Origin: an uncultured Pelagibacteraceae bacterium
GTDB lineage: Bacteria; Pseudomonadota; Alphaproteobacteria; Pelagibacterales; Pelagibacteraceae
DNA: 64,000 bases
Assembly (NCBI GenBank): GCA_902543665.1
Contig: CACBZI010000001.1
Span: forward strand, 603-64,602
Direction: 5' to 3'
Positions within the stretch are counted from its first letter, which is position 1. Every line of letters starts with the position of its first letter. Below the pieces are notes generated by a model. The model did no database searches and was not told the DNA's origin. It saw nothing but the letters and a program-made list of their open reading frames with translations. The translations under genes were made by a program, and so were the position numbers. Positions 55,270 through 64,000 of the stretch are shown piece by piece.

Positions 55270-56940
55270 ATGAAAAACAAAATTTTAGCGTTAAAATATA
55301 GACCGCAAGAATTCGAAGATTTAATAGGTCAAGAAATTATTACTCAAACGATTTTAAATGCAATTAAGATTGAAAAAACTCCTAATGCTTATCTTTTAAC
55401 TGGTATTAGAGGAGTAGGAAAAACTACTACTGCGAGACTAATTGCAAAAGCTTTGAATTGTGAAAAAAACAAAAATTCAAAAATAAAATGTTCAACTGAT
55501 AATTTTTGCTCAACATGCAAGGAAATTGTAAGTTCTAATCATATAGATATATTAGAAATGGATGCAGCATCTAAGACAGGCATAGACGATATAAGAGAGT
55601 TAATAGAAAACTCTAAATATAGTCCGACGAGCGCAAAGTTTAAGATATTTATTATTGATGAGGTTCACATGTTATCTAAACAAGCTTTCAATGGTTTACT
55701 TAAAACCTTAGAGGAGCCACCTCCAAGTTTAAAATTCATTTTGGCTACAACAGAAGTGAGAAAAATACCCGTTACTATTTTGTCGAGATGTCAAAGATTT
55801 GATCTTAAAAGAGTAAGTGTTGAATTACTTTGCAAACATTTGAGAAAAATATCGTTAAAAGAAAACGGTAAAATCTCTGATGAAGCAATAAAATTGATTG
55901 CAAAATCTTCAGAAGGGTCAGTTAGAGACTCCATTTCTTTATTAGATAGAGCTCTAATCACCCAATCGCTTAAAGGCAATGAAACAATTGAAGAAAATGA
56001 GGTAAGAAATATGCTTGGCCTTGCTGACAAGACTAAGGTTATCTCACTTTTTAAAGAAGTTTTAAGCGGAAAAGAAAAAGAAGCTCTTTATATTCTTAAA
56101 CAACTTCAAGAAGATGGTCTTGATGCAAAAAATTTCTTAAATGATATTTTAGAAGTTATATATCTTTTTAGCAGAAGAATAAATTTAGGCCCAATTGAAA
56201 AAGATATTTCAATTTCAGAGGCCGAGGTACAGATGGTAGATCAATATTCAAAAAATATTGATATGCATGATATAGGATTATTTTGGCAACTCACTATAAA
56301 AACGATTGATGATTTGAGAATAGTTGGAAATGAATATTTGACACTTGAGATGTATATAATGCAACTAATTCATTTAAAAAATTTATATGAAAAAAAAAAT
56401 TTGAATGTTGAAACTCAGACTCATTACGCTAATTATGAAAATACAGACAAAAATATACCCGAAAAAACTATAAAAGAGGAAGAAAAAAAAAGTAATGTTA
56501 AAAATCAGTTGAGAAGCACAGAGCAAATAAAAACAAATCCTATAAAAAAATTTAACGACCTAAAAGAAAAGTCAAAAATTGAAATAACAAGTTTTAAAGA
56601 TTTAATCAACAAATCAAACGAAGAAAATGAAATTGAATTGAAATACGATTTAGAGCGTAATGTAAAATTAGTTAGTTTTAAAAATGGAAAAATCGATATT
56701 AGTTTCAACGAGAAATTAAATAAAAATTTTATAAAAAATCTAACTGAAAAATTGATTCAATGGACAGGGAAAAGATGGATAATATCTTTAAGTAAAAATA
56801 ATGAAGCAAAAAGTATTCATGAGAAAATTATAGCAAGCAAAAATAAACAAATTGAAGATTTTAAAAAAAGCAAAATAGCTAAAGATATTAAAACGTATTT
56901 CCCAGATGCGGAACTAATAGATTTAAACGAAGAGGAATAA
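55270..56940 (+). CDS. dnaX: DNA polymerase III subunit gamma/tau
   Basis: LALKYRP, GIRGVGKTT, EMDAAS, IDEVHML, LKTLEEP, SRCQRF. Confidence 0.96.
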   Translation: MKNKILALKYRPQEFEDLIGQEIITQTILNAIKIEKTPNAYLLTGIRGVGKTTTARLIAKALNCEKNKNSKIKCSTDNFCSTCKEIVSSNHIDILEMDAASKTGIDDIRELIENSKYSPTSAKFKIFIIDEVHMLSKQAFNGLLKTLEEPPPSLKFILATTEVRKIPVTILSRCQRFDLKRVSVELLCKHLRKISLKENGKISDEAIKLIAKSSEGSVRDSISLLDRALITQSLKGNETIEENEVRNMLGLADKTKVISLFKEVLSGKEKEALYILKQLQEDGLDAKNFLNDILEVIYLFSRRINLGPIEKDISISEAEVQMVDQYSKNIDMHDIGLFWQLTIKTIDDLRIVGNEYLTLEMYIMQLIHLKNLYEKKNLNVETQTHYANYENTDKNIPEKTIKEEEKKSNVKNQLRSTEQIKTNPIKKFNDLKEKSKIEITSFKDLINKSNEENEIELKYDLERNVKLVSFKNGKIDISFNEKLNKNFIKNLTEKLIQWTGKRWIISLSKNNEAKSIHEKIIASKNKQIEDFKKSKIAKDIKTYFPDAELIDLNEEE

Positions 56941-56943
56941 TAA

Positions 56944-57264
56944 ATGACAAATTTTAGTGATATGCTATCAAAGGCTAAAGAAATGCAAAAGAAAATGAAA
57001 GAAGCACAAGAGCTTATAAAAAAAATTGAAATTGAAGGAAAGTCAGGGGGAAATTTAGTAAAAGTAATTTTGACAGGAGATTATGAAATTAAATCCATTG
57101 AAATTTCTGATGCTGCCAAGAAAGAAAATCAAGAAATAATTAACGATCTTATAATTGCAGCTTATAACAATGCAAAAGATAATTTAAAAAAAAAATCTTC
57201 AGAGGAGCTTTCTCGCTTAACAGGTGGTCTCAACTTGCCTTTAGACTTTAAATTACCTTTTTAA
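56944..57264 (+). CDS. ybaB: YbaB/EbfC nucleoid-associated protein
   Basis: AKEMQKKM, GKSGGNLV, DLIIAAYN, TGGLNLP; dnaX-ybaB-recR synteny. Confidence 0.93.
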   Translation: MTNFSDMLSKAKEMQKKMKEAQELIKKIEIEGKSGGNLVKVILTGDYEIKSIEISDAAKKENQEIINDLIIAAYNNAKDNLKKKSSEELSRLTGGLNLPLDFKLPF

Positions 57265-57869
57265 TGGATAACGATATTCCAGAAATAAACGATCTGATAA
57301 ATCAGTTTTCTAAACTGCCTGGTCTAGGACCCAAATCAGCTAAAAGAATAATACTTAAATTAATAAACAACAAAGAAAATATGATTAAACCTTTGACTCA
57401 ATCTTTAGCTCAAGTTTATAAAAAAGTTGTCCGTTGCATTGATTGTGGAAATCTAAAGTTAATTGATAAAATTTGTATTTGTTCTTCAGATAAGTCATAT
57501 GATAAAATATGTGTAGTAGAAAATTTGGCAGACATGTGGGTTATAGATTCGGCCAAGATATTTAAAGGTCATTTTCATATACTTGGGGGTACACTAAATT
57601 CTAACGAAAATTATGAGCAAAAAAATTTACTTGTAGACTCTTTAGTGAAAAGAATTAAAAAAAATAATCTTAAAGAAGTAATCATCGCTACAAGTGCTAC
57701 CGTAGAAGGTCAGACAACAGCTCATTATATAGAAGATATGATTAAAAATGACAAAATTAAAATTACTAAATTAGCTCAAGGGCTTCCAGTTGGGGGAGAA
57801 ATCGAACAACTTGATGATGGAACTTTATTCTCAGCTTTTAAAAATAGAGTTCCTGTAACGGATGATTAA
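57264..57869 (+). CDS. recR: Recombination mediator RecR
   Basis: LPGLGPKSAKR, Cys zinc finger, ICVVE, HILGG, TVEGQTTAHYI, GLPVGGE. Confidence 0.95.
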   Translation: MDNDIPEINDLINQFSKLPGLGPKSAKRIILKLINNKENMIKPLTQSLAQVYKKVVRCIDCGNLKLIDKICICSSDKSYDKICVVENLADMWVIDSAKIFKGHFHILGGTLNSNENYEQKNLLVDSLVKRIKKNNLKEVIIATSATVEGQTTAHYIEDMIKNDKIKITKLAQGLPVGGEIEQLDDGTLFSAFKNRVPVTDD

Positions 57870-60010
57870 TTAGATATTTTTTTTTTTAACCTTGTTTCAT
57901 GCAATAAAGGTTCGGTATAGCCAGAAGGTTGAATTCTACCCTTAAAAATAAGATCGCATGCTGCTGAAAACGCTAAAGAATTTTCAAAATCTTCCGACAT
58001 CTTGTTATAATTTAAGTCGTTTTTATTTTGTTCATCAACAATTCTTGCCATTTTCTTCATAATTTTCAAAACCTGTTCCGGTTTGCAAATTCCATGATGC
58101 AGCCAATTTGCTATATGTTGAGATGAAATTCTCAGTGTAGCTCTATCCTCCATTAGGCCAATGTTATTGATATCAGGTACTTTGGAACAACCAACACCCT
58201 GATCAACCCATCTGACCACATAACCTAGAATTCCTTGAGCATTATTTTCTAATTCGCGATTTATATCTTCAATTTGCCAATTTGGTCTATCTGCTTTAGG
58301 TATTTCTAAAATCTCCTCAAAATTAGTTTTATTTCTAGATTTAATCTCATTTTGTTCATTAAAAACGTTAACCTTATGATAATGAATAGAATGAAGAGTT
58401 GCTGCTGTTGGTGATGGTACCCATGCACAATTTGCACCTGACTTTGGGTGATTTATTTTTTGTTGCATCATATTTGACATTTGATCGGGCATTGCCCACA
58501 TACCTTTTCCTATCTGTGCTTTTCCTGAAAATCCACATGCAAGCCCAACATCTACATTCCAATTTTCATAAGCATTTAACCATTTTGATTTTTTCATGTC
58601 TCCTTTAAATATCATTGGCCCAGCCTCAAAAGAAGTATGCATCTCATCTCCTGTTCGATCTAAAAATCCTGTATTGATAAACACTATTCTATTTTTTACT
58701 TCTCTAATACACTCTTTGAGATTAACGGTTGTTCTTCTCTCTTCATCCATTATTCCCACTTTAATCGTGTATTTCTTTAATTTTAAGGTCTCCTCAACTT
58801 TTTCAAACAATTTATTTGTAAAAGCAACTTCTTCTGGTCCATGCATTTTAGGTTTAACAATGTAAGTTGATCCTGTTCTGGAATTTTTTTTATTTTTAAA
58901 GTCATGTAATGCACATAAATTGGAAATAAATGCATCTAAAATACCCTCTGGTATTTCAGAGCTATCTTTTAAAATAACAGACGGATTTCTCATTAAGTGA
59001 CCAACGTTTCTATTTAAAAGTAATGCTCTACCATGAAGTGTCACCTCACCACCGTTTTTTGAATTATATACTCTATCAGAATTTAACTTTCTTAAAACTT
59101 TTTTTCCATTTTTCTCAAATCTTGCCTCTAAATCACCCTTCATGAGACCTAGCCAATTTCTATAACATTTAACCTTATCTTCAGCGTCAACTGCAGCTAC
59201 CGAATCTTCATTATCAATTATTGTAGAGAGCGCTGATTCTACTATCACGTCTGAAATGAAAGCCTTATCATTTTTACCTACTATAGTGTTAGGATCAATT
59301 TTTATATCGATATGTAAGTTATTATTTTTAATTAAAACTGAAATAGGGCTTTTTTTATCACCTGTAAAACCTATAAATTGATTTTCATTTTTAAGAAAAT
59401 CTTTTTTTGAGTTTATCAACAAAACTAATTTATTTTCTTCAATTTGAATTTTAGTAATTTCATTCCAAGATGAAGTTTTAAGAGGAAAATTTTCATCTAA
59501 AAAACTTCTTACGTAAGCAATAACTTTTTTTGCTCTATCAGCATTATAATCTTTAAATTTTTCACCCGCTATTACATCAGTACCATAAAGAGCATCATAC
59601 AAACTACCCCATCTAGCATTTGCTGCATTAAGAGCGTACCTCGCGTTATCTACTGGAACAACTAATTGTGGTCCAGCAATTGTAGAAATTTCCTCATCTA
59701 CATTTGAGGTTTCTATTTTGAAATCATCTTTTTCTTCTACTAAATAATTCAAAGACCTTAAAAAATTTACGTATTCAGTTTTATCGAATTGTTTGCCTTT
59801 TCTTAATTTATGCCAATCATCTATTTCTTTTTGTATTGTCTCCCTTTTTTCAATTAGTTTTTTATTTATTGGAGCTAGCTCATGGACGACTTTGGAAAAA
59901 TTATCCCAAAATTCCTCAGAATTAATGTTAGTTCCAGGAATTGCTTCATTATTTATAAAATCAAACAATGTTGAACTTATTTTTAACTGATTTTTGTTTA
60001 CCAATTTCAT
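57866..60010 (-). CDS. glcB: Malate synthase G
   Basis: IAGPQLVVP, NAANARWGSLYDALYG, RNVGHLM, KPKMHGPEE, MDEERRT, TGFLDRTGDE, LMEDRATLRISSQ. Confidence 0.97.
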   Translation of the reverse strand: MKLVNKNQLKISSTLFDFINNEAIPGTNINSEEFWDNFSKVVHELAPINKKLIEKRETIQKEIDDWHKLRKGKQFDKTEYVNFLRSLNYLVEEKDDFKIETSNVDEEISTIAGPQLVVPVDNARYALNAANARWGSLYDALYGTDVIAGEKFKDYNADRAKKVIAYVRSFLDENFPLKTSSWNEITKIQIEENKLVLLINSKKDFLKNENQFIGFTGDKKSPISVLIKNNNLHIDIKIDPNTIVGKNDKAFISDVIVESALSTIIDNEDSVAAVDAEDKVKCYRNWLGLMKGDLEARFEKNGKKVLRKLNSDRVYNSKNGGEVTLHGRALLLNRNVGHLMRNPSVILKDSSEIPEGILDAFISNLCALHDFKNKKNSRTGSTYIVKPKMHGPEEVAFTNKLFEKVEETLKLKKYTIKVGIMDEERRTTVNLKECIREVKNRIVFINTGFLDRTGDEMHTSFEAGPMIFKGDMKKSKWLNAYENWNVDVGLACGFSGKAQIGKGMWAMPDQMSNMMQQKINHPKSGANCAWVPSPTAATLHSIHYHKVNVFNEQNEIKSRNKTNFEEILEIPKADRPNWQIEDINRELENNAQGILGYVVRWVDQGVGCSKVPDINNIGLMEDRATLRISSQHIANWLHHGICKPEQVLKIMKKMARIVDEQNKNDLNYNKMSEDFENSLAFSAACDLIFKGRIQPSGYTEPLLHETRLKKKISN

Positions 60011-60072
60011 ATTAACACGACCTTTACAATATTTTATAATATAATAATACTGTCATTATTGTAACATTTTAT

Positions 60073-61179
60073 ATGAAAAATTATTTAGACTTTGAAAAAG
60101 AAATTAAAGCTTTAGAAGAAGAAGCCGATAATTTAAGAAGCCCTTTCGGATCCGGTGGAATCTCAGAAGTTGATACAAAAAAGATAAAAGATACAGAGGA
60201 GCAAATTAATCAAAAACTTGATCAAATTTACTCAAATTTAAATAGTTGGCAAAAAACACAAGTAGCAAGACACGAAGACAGACCTAAAGCAAATTTTTAT
60301 ATTAAAAAAATTTTTTCTCAATTTACTTTACTTTCAGGAGACAGATATTTTGGTGACGACAAATCTGTAATTGCTGGATTTGGTTTAATTGATAACAAAT
60401 CAGTTTTAATTATTGGTCAAGAAAAAGGCGAGGATTTAAATAGCAGGATAGAAAGAAATTTTGGAATGATGCGACCTGAGGGTTACAGGAAATGTATTAG
60501 GCTCATGGAACTTGCAGATAGATTTCAAATTCCAGTAATTAGTTTTATTGATACGCCGGGAGCACATCCAGGCATTGGCGCTGAGCAGAGAGGTCAAGCT
60601 TCAGCTATAGCAAAGTCAATAGAGTGCTGCATGTCTCTAACAGTTCCAAATATTTCAATTATTATTGGAGAGGGAGGATCCGGTGGGGCTATAGCTTTAG
60701 CATCCTCTAACAAAGTAATAATGTTAGAGAATTCAATTTATTCAGTTATTTCCCCTGAAGGATGTGCATCAATTCTTTGGCGAGATCCAAGCAAATCTTT
60801 ACAAGCAGCTGAGGCGATGAAATTAACAGCTAAAGATTTGTTTAAATTAAAAATTATTGATGAAGTAATAGCTGAACCTCTTGGGGGGGCACATAGAGAT
60901 CCTGAAAGTATCGCTGAAGATATAAAATACTCAATAATTAAAAATTTAAAAAGTTTTGAGAAACTCAGTAGAAATGAAATTCATGACCATAGAAAAACAA
61001 AATTTTTGCAAATAGGTAGGGATAAAGGGCTCAGCAAGGTAACAAATTTAAATAAAGAAGGCTTAAGCTACAAAGAAAACCTCACGTTCAAACTAAATTT
61101 TCATATAGCTAAGAACAAATATGTTTATGCAGGTTTAGGATTGGTGTTATTTGTTGGTTTAATCGCTCTAATATCTTAA
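60073..61179 (+). CDS. accA: Acetyl-CoA carboxylase carboxyltransferase alpha subunit with C-terminal TM extension
   Basis: YLDFEK, ARHEDRP, NFGMMRPEGYRK, DTPGA, GEGGSGGA, YSVISPEGCASILW. Confidence 0.95.
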   Translation: MKNYLDFEKEIKALEEEADNLRSPFGSGGISEVDTKKIKDTEEQINQKLDQIYSNLNSWQKTQVARHEDRPKANFYIKKIFSQFTLLSGDRYFGDDKSVIAGFGLIDNKSVLIIGQEKGEDLNSRIERNFGMMRPEGYRKCIRLMELADRFQIPVISFIDTPGAHPGIGAEQRGQASAIAKSIECCMSLTVPNISIIIGEGGSGGAIALASSNKVIMLENSIYSVISPEGCASILWRDPSKSLQAAEAMKLTAKDLFKLKIIDEVIAEPLGGAHRDPESIAEDIKYSIIKNLKSFEKLSRNEIHDHRKTKFLQIGRDKGLSKVTNLNKEGLSYKENLTFKLNFHIAKNKYVYAGLGLVLFVGLIALIS

Positions 61180-61312
61180 TAATGTTGCAAAAAAACAATT
61201 GCGTCAAATAATTTAATTCTTCTATTGACTTTCATTGAGCAAATCTATTTAAGAATGTTCGAAACTAACTTTTAGTTAGTTAAAGTTAATAATAATAAGG
61301 AAACAAGAAAAT

Positions 61313-61525
61313 ATGAGTACACTAAAAGGTAAAGTTAAGTGGTTCAATGGCACTAAAGGATATGGTTTCATTGAAAGAGAAGACAAAGAAAAAGACGTGT
61401 TCGTCCATTCTTCTGCCGTTAGAGAAGCTGGTTTAAAGTATTTAAACGAGGGTGATGAGTTAACGTTTGAAGTGGAGAGCACAGAAAAAGGTCCTTCAGC
61501 AGTAAAACTGCAGAAAACATCTTAA
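61313..61525 (+). CDS. Cold-shock (CspA-family) RNA-binding protein
   Basis: GKVKWFN, KGYGFI, DVFVH; SD TAAGGA; 5'UTR hairpin AACTAACT-ttt-AGTTAGTT at 61263-61281. Confidence 0.95.
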   Translation: MSTLKGKVKWFNGTKGYGFIEREDKEKDVFVHSSAVREAGLKYLNEGDELTFEVESTEKGPSAVKLQKTS

Positions 61526-61638
61526 TCTAAATTTCCAAAATCACTGATTATCGGGACATTAACTGTAGTCTTAACTATTTTTATTGTCCCGCTAATTTCA
61601 TCTTGAAAAAGTCACAATTATTTTCTAAATACAGAATC

Positions 61639-61719
61639 ATGATTATAAAAAAGAAAGTCATTTCAACTTTAAGATCACATTCACACAGAATGCACGCTAA
61701 GCTATTGCTTAGCTTATAA
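61639..61719 (+). CDS. Candidate His leader peptide, 26 aa
   Basis: MIIKKKVISTLRSHSHRMHAKLLLSL with 3 His codons within 6; upstream of tRNA-His-hisS-hisZ. Confidence 0.45.
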   Translation: MIIKKKVISTLRSHSHRMHAKLLLSL

Positions 61720-61767
61720 TCAAAAATATATAAATTTAACTAAAATTAAGATAAAAATAACAGGGAT

Positions 61768-61844
61768 GCAGCAGTAGCTCAGTTGGTTAGAGCACTAGTT
61801 TGTGGAACTAGGGGTCGGTGGTTCGAATCCACCCTGCTGTACCA
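61768..61844 (+). tRNA. tRNA-His(GTG)
   Basis: Acceptor GCAGCAG/CTGCTGT, D arm GCTC/GAGC, anticodon arm CTAGT-ttGTGga-ACTAG, T arm GGTGG-TTCGAAT-CCACC, encoded ACCA. Confidence 0.97.
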
Positions 61845-61848
61845 AAAA

Positions 61849-63184
61849 ATGACAAAAGAAAAAAATTACAAACCTTCTAAAGAACTTCCATTAGGTTTTG
61901 TAGACAGACAAGAAAAAGAATTACTCGTACGTGATTTTATAATTTCTAATATTAAAGAAATAATGATCAAATACGGTTTTCAATATCTCGAAACGCCAAG
62001 TTTTGAGTATTCAGATAGTATTGGGAAATTTTTACCTGATAAAGATAGACCTGATGAGGGTGTTTTTTCATTTAAGGATGAGACCAAGTGGTTATCTTTG
62101 AGGTATGATCTTACAGCACCTCTAGCACGGTATGTTGCAAAAAATTATTTAGAAATTCCAAAACCATTTAAAAGATATCAACTAGGCACTGTTTGGAGAA
62201 ATGAAAAACCAGGTCCTGGCAGATTTAGAGAATTTTTACAATTCGACGCTGATTTCGTCGGTACTAAAAGTTTACAAGCAGACGCTGAATTGTGTGTAAT
62301 GATTTCAGAAATTCTCGATAAGTGTGGTTTATCAAAATCAGATTATACAATCAAGATATCATCAAGAAAAATTACTGAAAGTTTGTTTAAAAAGATAAAT
62401 GTAAAAGATAACGATCAAAAACTTATTGCTTTAAGAGCTTTAGATAAAATTGATAGACTTGGTTGGGATGAAGTAAAAAAACTATTAGGCAAAGGAAGAA
62501 AAGATAAATCTGGAGACTTTACAAAAGGTGCGAATTTAAAAGCTAACGACATTCAAACAATAGAAGAAACACTCAAGAAAAAATTACCTGAAACAGAGGA
62601 TCTAATTGAGATAATAAAAATTTTAAAAGATTATAATTTTAATAATTTTGAATTTGACCCGTCAATAATTAGAGGACTAGAATATTACACTGGCGTAATC
62701 TTTGAGGTGAATTTAAAATTTGATGTTACTAATAATAAAGGTCAGGTAATCCAATTTGGCTCTATTGGAGGTGGTGGGAGGTATGATAATTTAGTTAACA
62801 ACTTCGGAAATTATGATGCTCCAGCTACAGGGATATCAATCGGACTAGACCGATTGGTTTATGCTTTAATGCAAAAAAAAGGAATTCAAAGTTAAACAAT
62901 CTAAACCTGTTGTGATTTGTGTTTTCGATAAAAACTTAATGAAAGAGTACATCAATGTGCAAGCGTTATTAAGGAATGCTGATATTAGTTCAGAAATTTA
63001 TCCTGGAGAGGGAAAATTAAAGAAGCAAATGGAGTATGCTAATAAAATTAAATCACCAGCTGTAATTTTATACGGTGAGAATGAAATTAAATCAGGCAAA
63101 CCAACCTTAAGAAATCTTAGTTCTGGTAAAGAACTATCAATTGAAATTAAAGAATTAGTAAATGAAATCAAAAAAATTATCTGA
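61849..63184 (+). CDS. hisS: Histidine--tRNA ligase, split by a 1-nt frameshift at about 62873-62880
   Basis: GFVDR, LRYDLT, WRNEKPGPGRFREFLQFDAD, RGLEYYTG, GGGRYD, GISIGLDR; the anticodon domain (KLKKQMEYAN, YGENE) is in the next frame. The track start 61783 lies inside the tRNA. Confidence 0.9.
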
Positions 63185-64000
63185 AATAATAATAAAAACT
63201 TTTAAGAGCAATGGTTTTGTTTTATCCGAACCTGATGTTCTTTTAGACTCAGACTATATAATTGAGAGGTCTGGAGAAAAATTTAGAAGTTCCATGCTTA
63301 CTTTTAATAGTGAAGATGGAAAAACGATGTGTTTAAGACCGGATTTAACTGTAGCATCATGCATCAGTTTTTTGCAAAAGAAGTCATCTTCTAAAATTTA
63401 TTACTCTGGACAAGCCTATAGAAGATCTAACAAAAAAGGATCTAATTTTATTAATGATCAACTTGGTATTGAAATTTTAGGTTCAAAAAATGAAACTCAA
63501 GATGATTATAAAGTTATAAGTACAATTTTGAATTCAGCAAAAAAAATTAAAAAGAAAAAAATTAAAATCAAAGTTGGAGACATTGGCTTATTTAAACGTC
63601 TGATAAATGCATTGGATATGCCTGAAAGATGGAAGCTTAGACTAATAAGACACTTTTGGAGACCAAGTTATTTTGAAGAGCTTTTAAAAAGATTAGAAAA
63701 AAATACAGATATTGATGCAGTTACTTTTGATGAAGATAAAAAAAGATTTTATGAAATGAAAAAATTGGATCAGGGTAAAATAATTGCGGGAAGATCAATA
63801 TCTGAAATCTTAAAAAGATTTGATAAAAAGCTAAAAGATCCAAGATCTTTTACTGATGGAAAAAAAATTGTTAAAATTATTAAAACCTTTTTACAAATTA
63901 ACTGTAAACTATCTAAACTTGATGAAAAGCTATTGGATTTCACCAAAAAAAATAATCTTAAAAAAAATATATTTAAGGATTTTAAGTCTATACTCAGTCT
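63162..64000 (+). CDS. hisZ: ATP phosphoribosyltransferase regulatory subunit, runs off the window
   Basis: Hand translation MKSKKLSEIIIKTFKSNGF...ERSGEKFRSSMLTF...MCLRPDLT...YSGQAYR...QLGIEILG; follows hisS. Confidence 0.85.
   Translation, partial: MKSKKLSEIIIKTFKSNGFVLSEPDVLLDSDYIIERSGEKFRSSMLTFNSEDGKTMCLRPDLTVASCISFLQKKSSSKIYYSGQAYRRSNKKGSNFINDQLGIEILGSKNETQDDYKVISTILNSAKKIKKKKIKIKVGDIGLFKRLINALDMPERWKLRLIRHFWRPSYFEELLKRLEKNTDIDAVTFDEDKKRFYEMKKLDQGKIIAGRSISEILKRFDKKLKDPRSFTDGKKIVKIIKTFLQINCKLSKLDEKLLDFTKKNNLKKNIFKDFKSILS

Noticed and set aside
60050-60067. Pho-box-like CTGTCAT-TA-TTGTAAC upstream of accA/glcB
   Set aside because: Half-sites are 9 bp apart, not the 11-bp period seen at plcP and pstS.
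61783-61848. N-terminal extension of hisS in the ORF track
   Set aside because: It is a translation of the tRNA-His gene; the real start is ATG 61849.
1-64000. CRISPR array, prophage, IS element, integrase or anti-phage defence system
   Set aside because: No spaced direct repeats or mobility/phage genes seen. SRAP, the ARH-like gene, rmuC and sbcB sit in housekeeping context without toxin or effector partners.

Overview
AT-rich, densely packed alphaproteobacterial chromosome segment. Gene content and order (gcrA, ffs-dnaX-ybaB-recR, glcB, sbcB, alpha-type tRNA-His/hisS) point to SAR11 (Pelagibacterales); this assignment is an inference from recalled families, not a database result. Most of the window is core housekeeping: ptrB, cfa, purEK, rlmN, rmuC, sbcB, trxA, a long minus-strand run (rnd-kdsD-lptC-lptB-aroA-cmk-rpsA-ihfB-pyrF-trpFBA-accD-folC), argDF, kdsB, pheA, SRP RNA, dnaX, recR, glcB, accA, csp, tRNA-His, hisS and hisZ. 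A phosphorus-stress block of about 16 kb (about 32.8-49.1 kb) holds a DAG-kinase-family gene divergent from plcP-agt across a Pho box, phoR, an unknown exported protein, pstSCAB-phoU-phoB, sixA, ppk1, ppx and an aqpS-arsC arsenic pair. The most interesting signals not captured by the ORF track or routine annotation are: (1) a multi-stem, riboswitch-like leader plus operator palindrome ahead of a 63-aa orphan (13.8-14.1 kb); (2) a His-codon uORF and hairpin ahead of tRNA-His-hisS-hisZ; (3) two candidate sRNAs with anti-Shine-Dalgarno motifs; (4) several sub-60-aa proteins; (5) a SelJ/J1-crystallin-like protein coupled to a motif-divergent RlmN; (6) degenerate active-site motifs in TrpB, AccD and FolC; (7) a membrane-anchored AccA; (8) no glycine riboswitch ahead of glcB; (9) a homopolymer frameshift in hisS. 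I saw no CRISPR array, integrase, transposase or rRNA.
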